From contig JAJUJL010000005.1 of assembly GCA_029265355.1 (NCBI GenBank), positions 18,208 through 82,207 on the forward strand: a stretch of DNA of 64,000 nucleotides. The letters are read 5' to 3'. Positions 10,087 through 19,857 of the stretch are shown here, piece by piece; position 1 is the stretch's first letter; every line of letters begins with the position of its first letter. The translations under genes and the position numbers were made by a program. Source of the stretch: Chloroflexota bacterium (lineage in GTDB: Bacteria; Chloroflexota; Anaerolineae; Anaerolineales; UBA4823). The notes below the pieces were generated by a model that worked only from the letters and a program-made list of their open reading frames with translations, was not told the DNA's origin and made no database searches.

Positions 10087-11988
10087 TCATAGGTTGCGAA
10101 ATTCGCCGTCTACCACGTCTTCGCCGCCTGCGGGTTTTTGGCCGGGTTGCTCGCCTTCGGCCTGCCCGCCGGCAGCCTGCGGTCCTGCCTGCTGATAAGC
10201 CGCCGAACCAACCTGGGAGAGCGCCTGGTTGAGCGCCTCGGTCTCGCGGCGGATCGCCTGCACATCATTGCCTTTCATCGCCTCGCGCACCTTAGCAACG
10301 TGCGTCTCAACCGTGCTCTTTAGATCGCCCGGCACTTTGTCGCCCAGGTCGCGCAGCACCTTTTCAGCGGTGTATGCGGCGTTATCGGCGTTGTTCCTGG
10401 CCTCAACCAGCTCTTTGCGCTGGCGGTCCTCATCGGCATGCTTTTCGGCTTCTTTGCGCATGCGCTCCACCTCTGCTTCGCTGAGGCCAGAGGAGGCAGT
10501 GATGGTGATGTGCTGGCTGCGGCTGGTCGCTTTGTCGACGGCGGTCACCTTGAGGATGCCATTGGCGTCGATATCAAAGGTGACCTCGATCTGGGGAATG
10601 CCGCGCGGCGCGGGCGGAATGCCATCCAAAATGAAGCGACCCAGAGACTTGTTATCCGCCGCCATGGGGCGCTCGCCCTGCAGCACGTGAATTTCGACCT
10701 GCGATTGGTTGTCCGAAGCTGTCGAGAATATCTGGCTCTTGCGAGTGGGAATGGTGGTATTGCGCTCGATCATCGGGCTGGCGACTCCGCCCAGGGTTTC
10801 CACCGACAGGGTCAGCGGGGTGACATCCAGGAGCAGGATGTCCTTGACCTCGCCGCCCAGCACGCCTGCCTGGATGGCCGCGCCGACCGCCACAACCTCG
10901 TCCGGATTGACGCCCTTGTGTGGTTCTTTGGAGAACAATTTGCGCACGGCTTCTTGAACGGCAGGCATGCGCGTCATGCCACCCACCAGCACCACTTCAT
11001 CCACTTTGTCGGCTGTCAAGTCGGCGTCTTTGAGCGCCTGGCGCACCGGGCCCAGGGAGCGTTCTACCAGGTCGCTGGTAAGCTGCTCCAGCTTGGCGCG
11101 GGAGAGGGTCTTCACCAGGTGCTTGGGGCCGCTGGCGTCGGCGGTGATATAGGGCAGATTGATCTCGGTCTGCACCAGACTGGAAAGCTCGATCTTGGCC
11201 TTCTCGGCAGCTTCCTTCAACCGCTGCAGCGCCTGGCGATCCTTGCGCAGATCAATGCCCTGTTCGCGCTGGAATTCATCCGCCAGGAAATCGATGATGC
11301 GCTGGTCGAAATCATCGCCGCCCAGGAAGGTATCACCGCTGGTGGAGCGCACCTGGAACACACCGTCGCCGACGTCCAGGATGGAGATATCGAAGGTGCC
11401 GCCGCCCAGGTCATACACAGCGATCACCTCATCTTTTTTCTTATCCAGCCCGTAGGCCAGAGAAGAGGCGGTCGGCTCGTTGATAATGCGCAGCACTTCC
11501 AGGCCGGCGATCTTACCGGCGTCTTTGGTAGCATTGCGCTGGGCGTCGTTGAAATAAGCGGGCACAGTGATGACCGCCTGGGTGACGGGCTCGCCCAGGT
11601 AAGCTTCCGCATCGGCCTTGAGCTTGCCCAGGATCATGGCAGAAATTTCGGGAGCCGAGTACTCACGCCCGCCCAGCACAACGCGCACATCGCCGTTGGG
11701 GGCCTCGGTCACTTTGTAGGGCACGCGACTCAGGGCGCGCTGCACTTCGGGATCGTTGAATTTGCGCCCCATGAAGCGCTTGATGGAGAAGATGGTGTTC
11801 TCCGGGTTGACCACAGCCTGGTTGCGCGCCACCCGCCCCACCAGGCGTTCGCCGTTCTTGTTGATCGCCACCACCGAGGGCACCAGCCGCTCGCCTTCCG
11901 CTGAGGGGATGACCACCGGTTCCCCGCCTTCCATAACTGCCACGACCGAGTTGGTTGTGCCCAGGTCGATGCCAATGATTTTAGACAT
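10087..11988 (-). CDS. dnaK: Molecular chaperone DnaK (Hsp70)
   Basis: [10 protein letters not shown] and DLGGGTFD signatures over a 633-aa ORF. Confidence 0.98.
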   Translation of the reverse strand: MSKIIGIDLGTTNSVVAVMEGGEPVVIPSAEGERLVPSVVAINKNGERLVGRVARNQAVVNPENTIFSIKRFMGRKFNDPEVQRALSRVPYKVTEAPNGDVRVVLGGREYSAPEISAMILGKLKADAEAYLGEPVTQAVITVPAYFNDAQRNATKDAGKIAGLEVLRIINEPTASSLAYGLDKKKDEVIAVYDLGGGTFDISILDVGDGVFQVRSTSGDTFLGGDDFDQRIIDFLADEFQREQGIDLRKDRQALQRLKEAAEKAKIELSSLVQTEINLPYITADASGPKHLVKTLSRAKLEQLTSDLVERSLGPVRQALKDADLTADKVDEVVLVGGMTRMPAVQEAVRKLFSKEPHKGVNPDEVVAVGAAIQAGVLGGEVKDILLLDVTPLTLSVETLGGVASPMIERNTTIPTRKSQIFSTASDNQSQVEIHVLQGERPMAADNKSLGRFILDGIPPAPRGIPQIEVTFDIDANGILKVTAVDKATSRSQHITITASSGLSEAEVERMRKEAEKHADEDRQRKELVEARNNADNAAYTAEKVLRDLGDKVPGDLKSTVETHVAKVREAMKGNDVQAIRRETEALNQALSQVGSAAYQQAGPQAAGGQAEGEQPGQKPAGGEDVVDGEFRNL

Positions 11989-12087
11989 AAGAGTTCCTCC
12001 GCTTTGATCTCAAGTGAAATCTTGATTGGCGTTTGTTTTGATCGGATGAAAGGAATCAATGCGTGCGGTGCAGTTATCGTGCCACCC

Positions 12088-12681
12088 TTAACGTGCGACG
12101 CGCACCAGCGCCGGGCGGATAACCCGCTCGCCCAGGCTGTAGCCCTGTTTGACCACTTCGATAATCTGCCCGCTCTCGAACTGCTCGCTGGGCTCGTGGG
12201 AAATGGCTTCGTGCAGGTTGGGGTCGAAGTGCTTGCCCTCCGCGGGTATGGGGGTCAATCCTTCTGCCTCCAGGATGGAAAGCAGCTTGCGATAAATCAA
12301 CTCGATGCCGTTCGCCCAAACTGCGCCGTCTCCTTGCTCGGGCCGGTTCTTCAAAGCCCGGTCAAGATCGTCCAGCACCTCCAGGTAGCGCTTGATCACG
12401 CTGGCAGTCGCATTCTGGTAAGTTTGCGCCTGCTCGCGCTCAACGCGTTTCTTGTAATTGGCGAATTCGGCCCGCGAACGCTGCCAGCCGTCCAGGTACT
12501 CATTGGCCTTGGTCTGCCAGGCTTGCAGATCACTCTGCAAAGCCTCGATATCAGCTTGCGTCATGGCTGTCGCCTCGGGCGCCGCCTCAGCAACCACATC
12601 TTCATTTTGTGATGTCTCCGGATGCACAGCATTTGCATCATCCATATACACTTCCTCCAAACGAGCGGTGTCGTTTACCAT
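12088..12681 (-). CDS. grpE: Nucleotide exchange factor GrpE
   Basis: 197-aa ORF with a coiled-coil N-terminus and a GrpE-like C-terminal beta domain. Sits between hrcA and dnaK. The exact start is uncertain. Confidence 0.9.
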   Translation of the reverse strand: MVNDTARLEEVYMDDANAVHPETSQNEDVVAEAAPEATAMTQADIEALQSDLQAWQTKANEYLDGWQRSRAEFANYKKRVEREQAQTYQNATASVIKRYLEVLDDLDRALKNRPEQGDGAVWANGIELIYRKLLSILEAEGLTPIPAEGKHFDPNLHEAISHEPSEQFESGQIIEVVKQGYSLGERVIRPALVRVAR

Positions 12682-12689
12682 TCAACAGA

Positions 12690-13727
12690 TCAATCGTCTG
12701 CGTGCAGCTCGATGACCAGGTCGCTCAACAGCCCGGCGACAAAACGCACCGTAGAAATCGTACGCCCATACGCCATGCGGATCGGGCCGAGCACCCCTAG
12801 CGCGCCGGTGGCCAGGCCGGGAGCGCCGTAGCGCGCCAACACCATCGAGCAGTCGCGCAGCTCTTCCCAAGTACCCTCTCCACCGATCAGGACCTGCACC
12901 CCGCCAACGTTACTGGTAAATACAGTGCGGCTGATCAAGTCTTCCAGCAGCGAGCGCTCTTCCAGGATGCGCAGCGCTTTGCGCGCCACTTCGACCTCCG
13001 AAAATTCGGGCTCCGCCAGCACATGGGTAATGCCATCGCGGTACACCTCGCCGCTCAGCACCTGGACGGATTGGCGCATATCGCCGACGATCAGCTTGAG
13101 CACGTCTTGCTCCAGCGGGTCGAAACTGCCCGAGAGAGAGGCAATCTGCTCCCCGGTCAGCCCATAGCAAAGGCTGTTCAGCCGGGTTGCCGCCTGGCTG
13201 AGCCGCTCCTGGGAGACGGGCTCTGCCAGGGAAAGCATCTGCTGGCGAACATCGCCGCCCGCCAACACCAGCACCAACAGCACCTGTCGGCCGCGCGTGG
13301 CGATCAGCTCAAGATGCTTGAAAATGACTGATTCAGCGTGCGGCGCAGTTACCAACGCAGCCGCCTGAGATTGGTTGGCTAAAACGGAAACCGCCAGGCG
13401 CATCCAACGATCCAGGTCCCTGCCAGCCTGGTAGAACTGGTGGGAGATGGTGCGCTGCGTGGTGGCGGGTAGCTCGGTGTGCCCCATCAACTGGCGCACA
13501 AAATAGCGGTAGCCATCCTCCGACGGCACCCGACCAGCGGAGGTGTGCGGCTGGCGCAGGTAGCCCATGTCGGTGAGCGCTTTGATCTCATTGCGCACGG
13601 TCGCCGAGCTGTACTCCAGCCCGTAGACCTCCACCAGGCGCCCGGAACTCACCGGTTGGGCGTTCTCGATATAGTCGCGGATCACCAGGGTAAGGATCAA
13701 TTTCTGGCGGTCAGTAAGGTTATCCAT
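12690..13727 (-). CDS. hrcA: Heat-inducible transcription repressor HrcA
   Basis: 345-aa ORF with an N-terminal wHTH (LTDRQKLILTLVIRDYIE). It is the first gene of the dnaK operon and is preceded by a CIRCE element. Confidence 0.95.
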   Translation of the reverse strand: MDNLTDRQKLILTLVIRDYIENAQPVSSGRLVEVYGLEYSSATVRNEIKALTDMGYLRQPHTSAGRVPSEDGYRYFVRQLMGHTELPATTQRTISHQFYQAGRDLDRWMRLAVSVLANQSQAAALVTAPHAESVIFKHLELIATRGRQVLLVLVLAGGDVRQQMLSLAEPVSQERLSQAATRLNSLCYGLTGEQIASLSGSFDPLEQDVLKLIVGDMRQSVQVLSGEVYRDGITHVLAEPEFSEVEVARKALRILEERSLLEDLISRTVFTSNVGGVQVLIGGEGTWEELRDCSMVLARYGAPGLATGALGVLGPIRMAYGRTISTVRFVAGLLSDLVIELHADD

Positions 13728-13745
13728 CGTTCACTCGACTAAATT

Positions 13746-13772
13746 TTAGCAGTCTCACCTTGAGACTGCTAA
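13746..13772 (-). promoter_or_regulatory. CIRCE operator (HrcA site) upstream of hrcA
   Basis: TTAGCAGTC-N9-GACTGCTAA, a perfect inverted repeat between the predicted promoter and the hrcA start. Confidence 0.85.
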
Positions 13773-13785
13773 CACTTGCACAGAT

Positions 13786-13814
13786 ATGATATCACCAAGA
13801 ACAGCGAGCGTCAA
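13786..13814 (-). promoter_or_regulatory. Promoter of the hrcA-grpE-dnaK-dnaJ operon
   Basis: On the minus strand: TTGACG, 17 nt, TATCAT, just upstream of the CIRCE element. Confidence 0.5.
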
Positions 13815-13851
13815 GCAAAGCCCTGCCTGGAAAGAAATTTCTGATATTCGG

Positions 13852-14595
13852 TTAACGATTCGGGTTTGGCTGGCAATAGCGACGCAATTGGCGTACTGCG
13901 CCAGCCATATCGGGCGGGTAAGGTGCGTGGAATTCCAGCCGTTCACCGCTGTGTGGATGCTGCAACGCCAGGGAAAACGCATGCAAGCCAGTGCGCTTCA
14001 GGATCGCACACTCGCCTTTTACGCCTGGGCAAAAGCCGGGTTTGAGCTCAGAAAGCAGCAAATACCCGGGCGCCCCATACAACAGATCGCCTGCCAGGGG
14101 GTGCCCCAGCGCTGCCAAATGGGCGCGCACCTGGTGGGTGCGCCCGGTGAGAAGCTGTGCCTCGAGCAAGGTGTAGCGCCCGAAGCGCTCCAACACCCGC
14201 ACACGGGTGTGAGAGGGTTTGCCGCGTTGCAGATCGACCACGGTGCGATGCCTGCGGTCGCCGTTGACACGCAGAGCCAGCTCGATCTCGCGCTGCTGCC
14301 AATCAGGGTCCCCGACAACCAGGGCATGATAGCGTTTATCGACCCGGTGCTGGTCGAACTGCGTGTTGAGATGACGATGGGCGTGGGCGCTGCGCGCCAG
14401 GATGAGCACACCGCTGGTCTCGCGATCCAGGCGGTGGACAATCCAAATGCGTCCAAACTCCGGCTCCAACAGCTTGCGCACATGCGGCGCTGACAGATCA
14501 TAGCCGTCTGGCAGAGTGAGCAAGCCGGCGGGTTTGTTCAAGACCAGCAGGCTCTCATCTTGCCAGAGTATCTGTTTATGTAGAGCGATCATCAT
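13852..14595 (-). CDS. RluA-family pseudouridine synthase
   Basis: Catalytic motif HRLDRETSGVLILA. Start set at the internal ATGATG (14595) so that it does not overlap the upstream MFS gene; the ORF extends to 14697. Confidence 0.85.
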   Translation of the reverse strand: MMIALHKQILWQDESLLVLNKPAGLLTLPDGYDLSAPHVRKLLEPEFGRIWIVHRLDRETSGVLILARSAHAHRHLNTQFDQHRVDKRYHALVVGDPDWQQREIELALRVNGDRRHRTVVDLQRGKPSHTRVRVLERFGRYTLLEAQLLTGRTHQVRAHLAALGHPLAGDLLYGAPGYLLLSELKPGFCPGVKGECAILKRTGLHAFSLALQHPHSGERLEFHAPYPPDMAGAVRQLRRYCQPNPNR

Positions 14596-14614
14596 CCATT
14601 GGGCTTGGGCAAGC

Positions 14615-15838
14615 TCAGGCTGCCGAGGCAACCATGGCGCGTTTTTCTTTGACCCCAAGCATACATAAACCTGCCAGCGCCATAAAGAGCGCGGCAAAGA
14701 AAAACATGATGCGGTAGTTGCCTCCAGTCAGGTCCACCAGGATGCCTACCACCTGCGGTCCGGCAACTGCGGCGATGTTAGACGCCAGGTAATACAACCC
14801 CGTGAACGCGCCAATGCGAGCATCGCCGCCCACATCATACACCATAGGCAGCGAGTTGACGTTGATCAAAGCCCAGAAAAACCCTGCCGCCACCAGTAGC
14901 ACGATCAGCATCGGCTCATTTTGCACCACCAGACCGTACAGAAACAGCACAATCATGCCACCAATGCCCGTCAGGATCACCCTGCGCCGCCCCAGGCGGG
15001 TAGCCAGGAGTCCGGATGGTACAGCGAAGATGACGAACATCAGCGCCAGGCCGGAGGTGAGGATCGCCATGCGTCCCTCGCCGATCCCCAGGCTGAATTT
15101 TCCAAAAGAAGAAAGCCAGGTTTCGACAGCGTTATACCCGATGAACCAGAACAGGATTGCCAGCAAAATCAGCAAGCCCGACCTGTCGGAGGCGTTGAGC
15201 ACCTCTTTCAGGTTGGCGATGAAGCCTGCCCCACGGTCTTCCTTGGCTTCTTTTTCGATTGTTTCGGGCTCGCGCACCAGCGCCAGCACCAGCGTGATCG
15301 CGCCCAGCATGACCAGGCTGCCAAACACGAAGGGAGTGATACGCCCCAGCTTATACAACGTGCCGCCCACCAGGAAGGCAGCGATCGCGCCCAGCCCGCC
15401 CATCAGGTTGATGACGCCATTGGCTGTGCTGCGTTGGTGGGCGGGAAACAGATCCCCCAACAGTGCAATGGTTGGCGAACGGAACAGCGCCATCGCCAGG
15501 TTGGTGAAGAGGATGGCAAACATCACCCCCACCGGCGAGCGCATCGCTGGCACGAGAACGAAAAAGAGCGCTGCCAGCGGGGCGCCGAGCAGCATCCACG
15601 GCTTGCGCCGGCCCAGGCGGGTGCGGGTGCGGTCTGAGCGCTCGCCAACGAGCGGCTGCACAAACATGTTCAGGTAGTTGTCCCAGGTCATGATGAACCC
15701 GATCAGTGTCGCCGAGAGACCAAAATCATCGCGCAAGAAGACGGGCACGAAATTATTGAAGATCGGCCAGATCAGACTGATGCCGAAGAAACCAAACCCG
15801 AGCAGGAAGGTCTTGCCGTAGGGAAAGCGCTCTTTCAT
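14615..15838 (-). CDS. MFS transporter (sugar/GPH-SLC45-like)
   Basis: 407-aa 12-TM-type hydrophobic ORF with the [10 protein letters not shown] loop motif. Its start overlaps the trmD stop (ATGA). Confidence 0.8.
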   Translation of the reverse strand: MKERFPYGKTFLLGFGFFGISLIWPIFNNFVPVFLRDDFGLSATLIGFIMTWDNYLNMFVQPLVGERSDRTRTRLGRRKPWMLLGAPLAALFFVLVPAMRSPVGVMFAILFTNLAMALFRSPTIALLGDLFPAHQRSTANGVINLMGGLGAIAAFLVGGTLYKLGRITPFVFGSLVMLGAITLVLALVREPETIEKEAKEDRGAGFIANLKEVLNASDRSGLLILLAILFWFIGYNAVETWLSSFGKFSLGIGEGRMAILTSGLALMFVIFAVPSGLLATRLGRRRVILTGIGGMIVLFLYGLVVQNEPMLIVLLVAAGFFWALINVNSLPMVYDVGGDARIGAFTGLYYLASNIAAVAGPQVVGILVDLTGGNYRIMFFFAALFMALAGLCMLGVKEKRAMVASAA

Positions 15839-16593
15839 CGTTCATCCTCCGGTGCAGTTGGAATCTCGCCGGCTTGCAGCCGGGACAGGAATTTGCGGTC
15901 CATTTCGGAAAGCTCTGCCTTAGCCAGCAGGTCTGGGCGGCGCTGCCAGGTGCGCAACAAGGATTGCTCGCGCCGCCAGCGGGCGATGCGCCCGTGGTCG
16001 CCGGAAAGCAACACCTCTGGAACGCGCCAGCCGCGAAACTCCGGCGGGCGGGTATAGTGCGGGTATTCCAGCAGGCCGCTGGCGTGCGAATCGTCCCAGG
16101 CGCCATCCGGGTCGCCTAGCACACCCGGTAGCAGGCGAGCGACCGCGTCGATGATCACCAGAGCGGGCAGTTCGCCTCCGGTGAGCACATAGTCACCGAT
16201 AGAGATCTCATCGCTGACCAGGTGCTGGTGGACGCGCTCGTCAATGCCTTCGTAGCGCCCAGCAAGCAGGGCAAAGCGCGGCAGGGAAGCCAGCTCTTGC
16301 GCCACCGCCTGGGTGAAGAGCCGCCCCTGGGGGGTGAGCAAAATCAGCGGGCAGGCGGGTGGCGCGCCCAGCACCGCCTCCACCGCGGCGAAGATCGGCT
16401 CTGGCTTCATCACCATACCACCGCCTCCGCCGTAAGGCATATCGTCGCACACGTGGTGCCGGTCGGTGGTCCAATCACGGATGTTATGCACCTGGATGGC
16501 GATCAGCTTTCGCTGAATGGCGCGCTGCATGATGCTGGCTTGCAAATAGGGTGTGATGACCTCAGGCAGCAAGGTAAAAACATCGATTTGCAT
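15835..16593 (-). CDS. trmD: tRNA (guanine37-N1)-methyltransferase
   Basis: 252-aa ORF with typical TrmD blocks ([36 protein letters not shown]). Confidence 0.95.
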   Translation of the reverse strand: MQIDVFTLLPEVITPYLQASIMQRAIQRKLIAIQVHNIRDWTTDRHHVCDDMPYGGGGGMVMKPEPIFAAVEAVLGAPPACPLILLTPQGRLFTQAVAQELASLPRFALLAGRYEGIDERVHQHLVSDEISIGDYVLTGGELPALVIIDAVARLLPGVLGDPDGAWDDSHASGLLEYPHYTRPPEFRGWRVPEVLLSGDHGRIARWRREQSLLRTWQRRPDLLAKAELSEMDRKFLSRLQAGEIPTAPEDER

Positions 16594-16654
16594 GCCTTGA
16601 TTGTAGCTTAATTGTTAGAAAGCGGCTGCGACTTCTCATCTAAACCTGTTTTCC

Positions 16655-16684
16655 TTGACTAGCATTTCCTAAAAATGGTAAGAT
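16655..16684 (+). promoter_or_regulatory. Promoter upstream of the TPR gene pair
   Basis: TTGACT, 18 nt (ending TGg), TAAGAT. The -10 ends 6 nt before the ATG at 16691. Confidence 0.4.
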
Positions 16685-16690
16685 CAAAAC

Positions 16691-17932
16691 ATGTATCTTC
16701 GTGGAAGTCACTGGAAAATGGACACGCGCCGTAAGCGCCGCTCCAACCCCTGGCGCGTCGCGCTGTTACTGGCGCTGATCATCATCCTTTTGTACCTGAA
16801 CCAGGTGGTGGTGCCTGCCACCCCGCCGCTGTTCATTCCCACCCCGACGCCCACGCGCTCCCCCGAATCCTTCGTCAGCGAAGCCGAGGAGCTTTACCGC
16901 GCAGGAAAACTGGCGCAAGCCATCACAGCGTACAAGCAAGCCATCGCCTCCGACCCCAACAACCCTTCGAACTACCTGGAGCTGGCGCGCATTCAGATTT
17001 GGAACGGAGACTATGAAGAAGCGACGGTCAACGCCGAAAACGCCTTGTTGAAAAATTCCAACAACGCCCTGGCGCACGCCATCCGCGCCTGGGCGCGCAG
17101 CGCCCAGGGCGATCACCTGGAAGCCGAGGGCTCGATCAAACGCGCCCTGGAATTGGAGCCCAACAACGCCCTGGCGCACGCGGTCTACGCTGAGATCTTG
17201 CTCAACAAAGGCGATTTTGGCGATATCGAGAAAGCCATCCAGCAGTCCAACATCGCCAAAGAGCTGGCGCCCAACATGCTGGAAGTGCACCGCGTGCGCG
17301 GCCTGGTGCTGCTCAACACTCAAAACACCAGCGAAGCGATCCAGGAGTTGAAGGCCGCGATTGCCCTCAACGATAAGATCGCCGATCTGCACCTCAACTT
17401 GGGTTTCGCCTACCGCGTCAACAACGAGAACGACCTGGCAATCGAAGAGCTGCTCTCGGCGTTTGCTCTCAATCCCGACTCGGCTGCCGCCCCCACTGAA
17501 ATCTCGCTGGCGTATGCCAATGATGGCCAATTTGGCAAAGCGGTGCAGTACGCCGAGCAGGCAGTCGCCGTGGATCCCAGCAACGCCCGCCTGTGGGGCA
17601 ACCTGGGGGTGATGTACTACCGCAACGCCGAACTTTCCAAAGCCATCCCGGCGCTGGCGCTGGTTGTCAAGGGCGGTAAAACTGAAGACGGTGTGACGGT
17701 CGAAGGCCTGCCGTTGGGATACAACACCGTGGCGCAGTATTATTGGTTCTACGGTTTTGCCCTGGCAAAGAGCAACCGCTGCGAAGAGGCGGTGCCGGTC
17801 TTCCAGGCGCTGCTGAACGGCGTGCCAGATTATGAACTGGCGGTGGAAAATGCCAAGGCCGGCATCGAGCTGTGCCAGGAGAGCCTTGGCACGCCGCTGG
17901 CGCCGACCGAGACGCCCACGCCCACCCCCTAA
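16691..17932 (+). CDS. Membrane-anchored TPR-repeat protein
   Basis: Basic N-terminus, one TM helix, a PTPTPTR linker, then repeated TPR-like units. Paralogous to the next gene. An alternative start is at 16718. Confidence 0.8.
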   Translation: MYLRGSHWKMDTRRKRRSNPWRVALLLALIIILLYLNQVVVPATPPLFIPTPTPTRSPESFVSEAEELYRAGKLAQAITAYKQAIASDPNNPSNYLELARIQIWNGDYEEATVNAENALLKNSNNALAHAIRAWARSAQGDHLEAEGSIKRALELEPNNALAHAVYAEILLNKGDFGDIEKAIQQSNIAKELAPNMLEVHRVRGLVLLNTQNTSEAIQELKAAIALNDKIADLHLNLGFAYRVNNENDLAIEELLSAFALNPDSAAAPTEISLAYANDGQFGKAVQYAEQAVAVDPSNARLWGNLGVMYYRNAELSKAIPALALVVKGGKTEDGVTVEGLPLGYNTVAQYYWFYGFALAKSNRCEEAVPVFQALLNGVPDYELAVENAKAGIELCQESLGTPLAPTETPTPTP

Positions 17933-17944
17933 GTTCATCAACTC

Positions 17945-19351
17945 ATGGAACGCAAACTGGTCGGCAAGCAGCCGACTTTCAGACCCAAGAAATCGCTCAA
18001 TATCTACCGCGTTGCGCTGTGGTTGGCGCTCATCCTGGCCGGCATCGGGGTGCTGTTGGGCATCCAACGCCAGCAGATCGAACCGCTTTTCCGGCCCACG
18101 CCCACCCCGACGCGCACCGCCTATTCGTACATCCAGGAAGCCCAGGCCTACTTCCAGGCGGGCAAGCTGTACGATCCCGACCCGCCTGCCCCACAGCCAC
18201 CCCGCCCGGATGCGATCGACTCTTACCAGCGCGCCCTGCAAGTCGATCCCAATAATGCGCTGGCCTGGGCTGAGCTAGCGCGCATCCAGACCTACTCGAT
18301 CACCATGCTGAGCACAGACCCCGCGCGACTGCAGCGGCTGGAAGAAGCGCTGCAGTCGATCAACCGCGCGGTCGAAATCGATCCAGAGAACAGCACCGTG
18401 CGCGCCGTGCGCGCCTTTGTGCTCGATTGGTACGCTTCCAGCCCGCTGGTTTCTGAGGAGCAAACGCAGGAGCTGCTGCTGGAGGCGGAGAGCGAAGCGG
18501 TGCGCGCTTATGGCCTGGACCCGGATAATGGCCTGGCGCTGGCTTATTACGCTGAAGTGCTGCTCGATCAGCAGAAATGGTCGCAGGCGGAGCAGAACGC
18601 AGCGCGTGCGGTGGCCCTCTCTCCTGAAGTGATGGACGCCCATCGCGTGTACGCCACCGTGCTCGAATCGCTGGGGCAGTACAACAGCGCCATCCGCCAG
18701 TACCTGGAGGCGGCGGCGATCAACCCCAATCTGACCTTCCTGTACGTGTATATCGGGCGCAACTATCTCGGCTTGCGCCTGTACGAACGCGCCCTGGAGT
18801 ATTACGCCCGCGCCGCAAACATCAACAAGCAGCTTGGCGTCGAAAACCCCATCCCCAATATCGAGATCGCCAAGACCTACGCACAGCAAGGCGAGTTCTT
18901 CATCGCTGCCCGCAATGCAGAGACCGCCCTGAGCTATGATCCCACCAACGCCAACACCTATGGTCAGCTCGGCATCATCTATATCCGCTCGCGCAACTAC
19001 GAGGGCGCTATGCCGGTGCTGAAGTGTGCGGTGCGCGGCTGCACCGCCGAAGAAAATGAAGTCGGCGGCGTGGCAGTTCAGGGGTTGCCGCTCACTAACC
19101 TGACCGTAGCCTATTACTACGTGCAGTACGGCACCGTGATGGCTTTTCTCAGCCGACCCGAAGCGGGTCAAAATTTCTGCCCCGAAGCGCGCCAGGTGCT
19201 GGAGGAGGTACGCCAGGCTTACGCCAGCGACCCGATCCTGATCAGCATTGTCGAAGACAGCGAAGGCATCTGCCGCAACCTGGAGAGACAGCAGGCCGCC
19301 ACCCCTGACGCTACGCCTACCCCTGCCTCGCCAGAAGCGTCTAACCCCTGA
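17945..19351 (+). CDS. Membrane-anchored TPR-repeat protein (tandem paralogue)
   Basis: Same layout as the preceding gene (TM helix, PLFRPTPTPTR, TPR units, C-terminal PT-rich tail). Confidence 0.8.
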   Translation: MERKLVGKQPTFRPKKSLNIYRVALWLALILAGIGVLLGIQRQQIEPLFRPTPTPTRTAYSYIQEAQAYFQAGKLYDPDPPAPQPPRPDAIDSYQRALQVDPNNALAWAELARIQTYSITMLSTDPARLQRLEEALQSINRAVEIDPENSTVRAVRAFVLDWYASSPLVSEEQTQELLLEAESEAVRAYGLDPDNGLALAYYAEVLLDQQKWSQAEQNAARAVALSPEVMDAHRVYATVLESLGQYNSAIRQYLEAAAINPNLTFLYVYIGRNYLGLRLYERALEYYARAANINKQLGVENPIPNIEIAKTYAQQGEFFIAARNAETALSYDPTNANTYGQLGIIYIRSRNYEGAMPVLKCAVRGCTAEENEVGGVAVQGLPLTNLTVAYYYVQYGTVMAFLSRPEAGQNFCPEARQVLEEVRQAYASDPILISIVEDSEGICRNLERQQAATPDATPTPASPEASNP

Positions 19352-19387
19352 ATTGTCAGAGTTTTGTTAATTTTTGTATACTACCCC

Positions 19388-19416
19388 TTGACTCTCGCTT
19401 GAAATGTGGGTATGAT
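19388..19416 (+). promoter_or_regulatory. Promoter of groES-groEL
   Basis: TTGACT, 17 nt, TATGAT. Confidence 0.6.
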
Positions 19417-19426
19417 TTGCTAAGAT

Positions 19427-19453
19427 TTAGCAGTCGTGCACTTAGACTGCTAA
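19427..19453 (+). promoter_or_regulatory. CIRCE operator upstream of groES
   Basis: TTAGCAGTC-N9-GACTGCTAA, 10 nt downstream of the -10 hexamer. Confidence 0.9.
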
Positions 19454-19509
19454 ATCACATTTGTTTGCCTGAACGACAATCCAATTTCATTTTTTGAGGA
19501 GGTTCGTGT

Positions 19510-19809
19510 ATGTCCACTGTTCTCAAACCCCTGGGTAGCCGCGTGGTCGTGGAACCAATGGAGCAAGAGGAAGTCACTCCTGGCGGCATCGTTCTCCCCG
19601 AAACTGCCAAAGAAAAACCCCAAAAAGGCACCGTGATTTCGGTTGGCCCTGGCGACCGCGATGAGGACGGCGATCGCATACCGCTGGATGTCAAAGTCGG
19701 CGACATCGTGCTGTTCGCTAAGTATGCCGGCACCGAGATCAAGATGGATGGCAAGAAGCTGCTGATCCTCAAAGAAAACGATCTGCTGGCAATCATCGAG
19801 ACCAAGTAA
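19510..19809 (+). CDS. groES: Co-chaperonin GroES
   Basis: 99-aa [11 protein letters not shown]...GGIVLPE..., with a GAGGAGG Shine-Dalgarno sequence upstream. Confidence 0.97.
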   Translation: MSTVLKPLGSRVVVEPMEQEEVTPGGIVLPETAKEKPQKGTVISVGPGDRDEDGDRIPLDVKVGDIVLFAKYAGTEIKMDGKKLLILKENDLLAIIETK

Positions 19810-19857
19810 GATCCGTTATCAAATCTTTCATCACGAACTAAAAGGAGTATAGTTTCC

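Noticed and set aside
10438-11904. 488-aa ORF on the plus strand, antisense to dnaK
   Set aside because: It lies entirely inside the strongly supported dnaK gene and has low-complexity, Gly/Ala/His/Asp-rich composition with no motif. Long antisense ORFs are an expected by-product of GC-rich third-codon positions, and Hsp70 genes are known for this.
16766-18241. 491-aa ORF antisense to the two TPR genes
   Set aside because: It spans the intergenic gap of the sense genes, has a repetitive Arg/Gly/Gln-rich composition, and lacks Shine-Dalgarno or promoter support. The sense-strand genes show coherent TM + TPR architecture.
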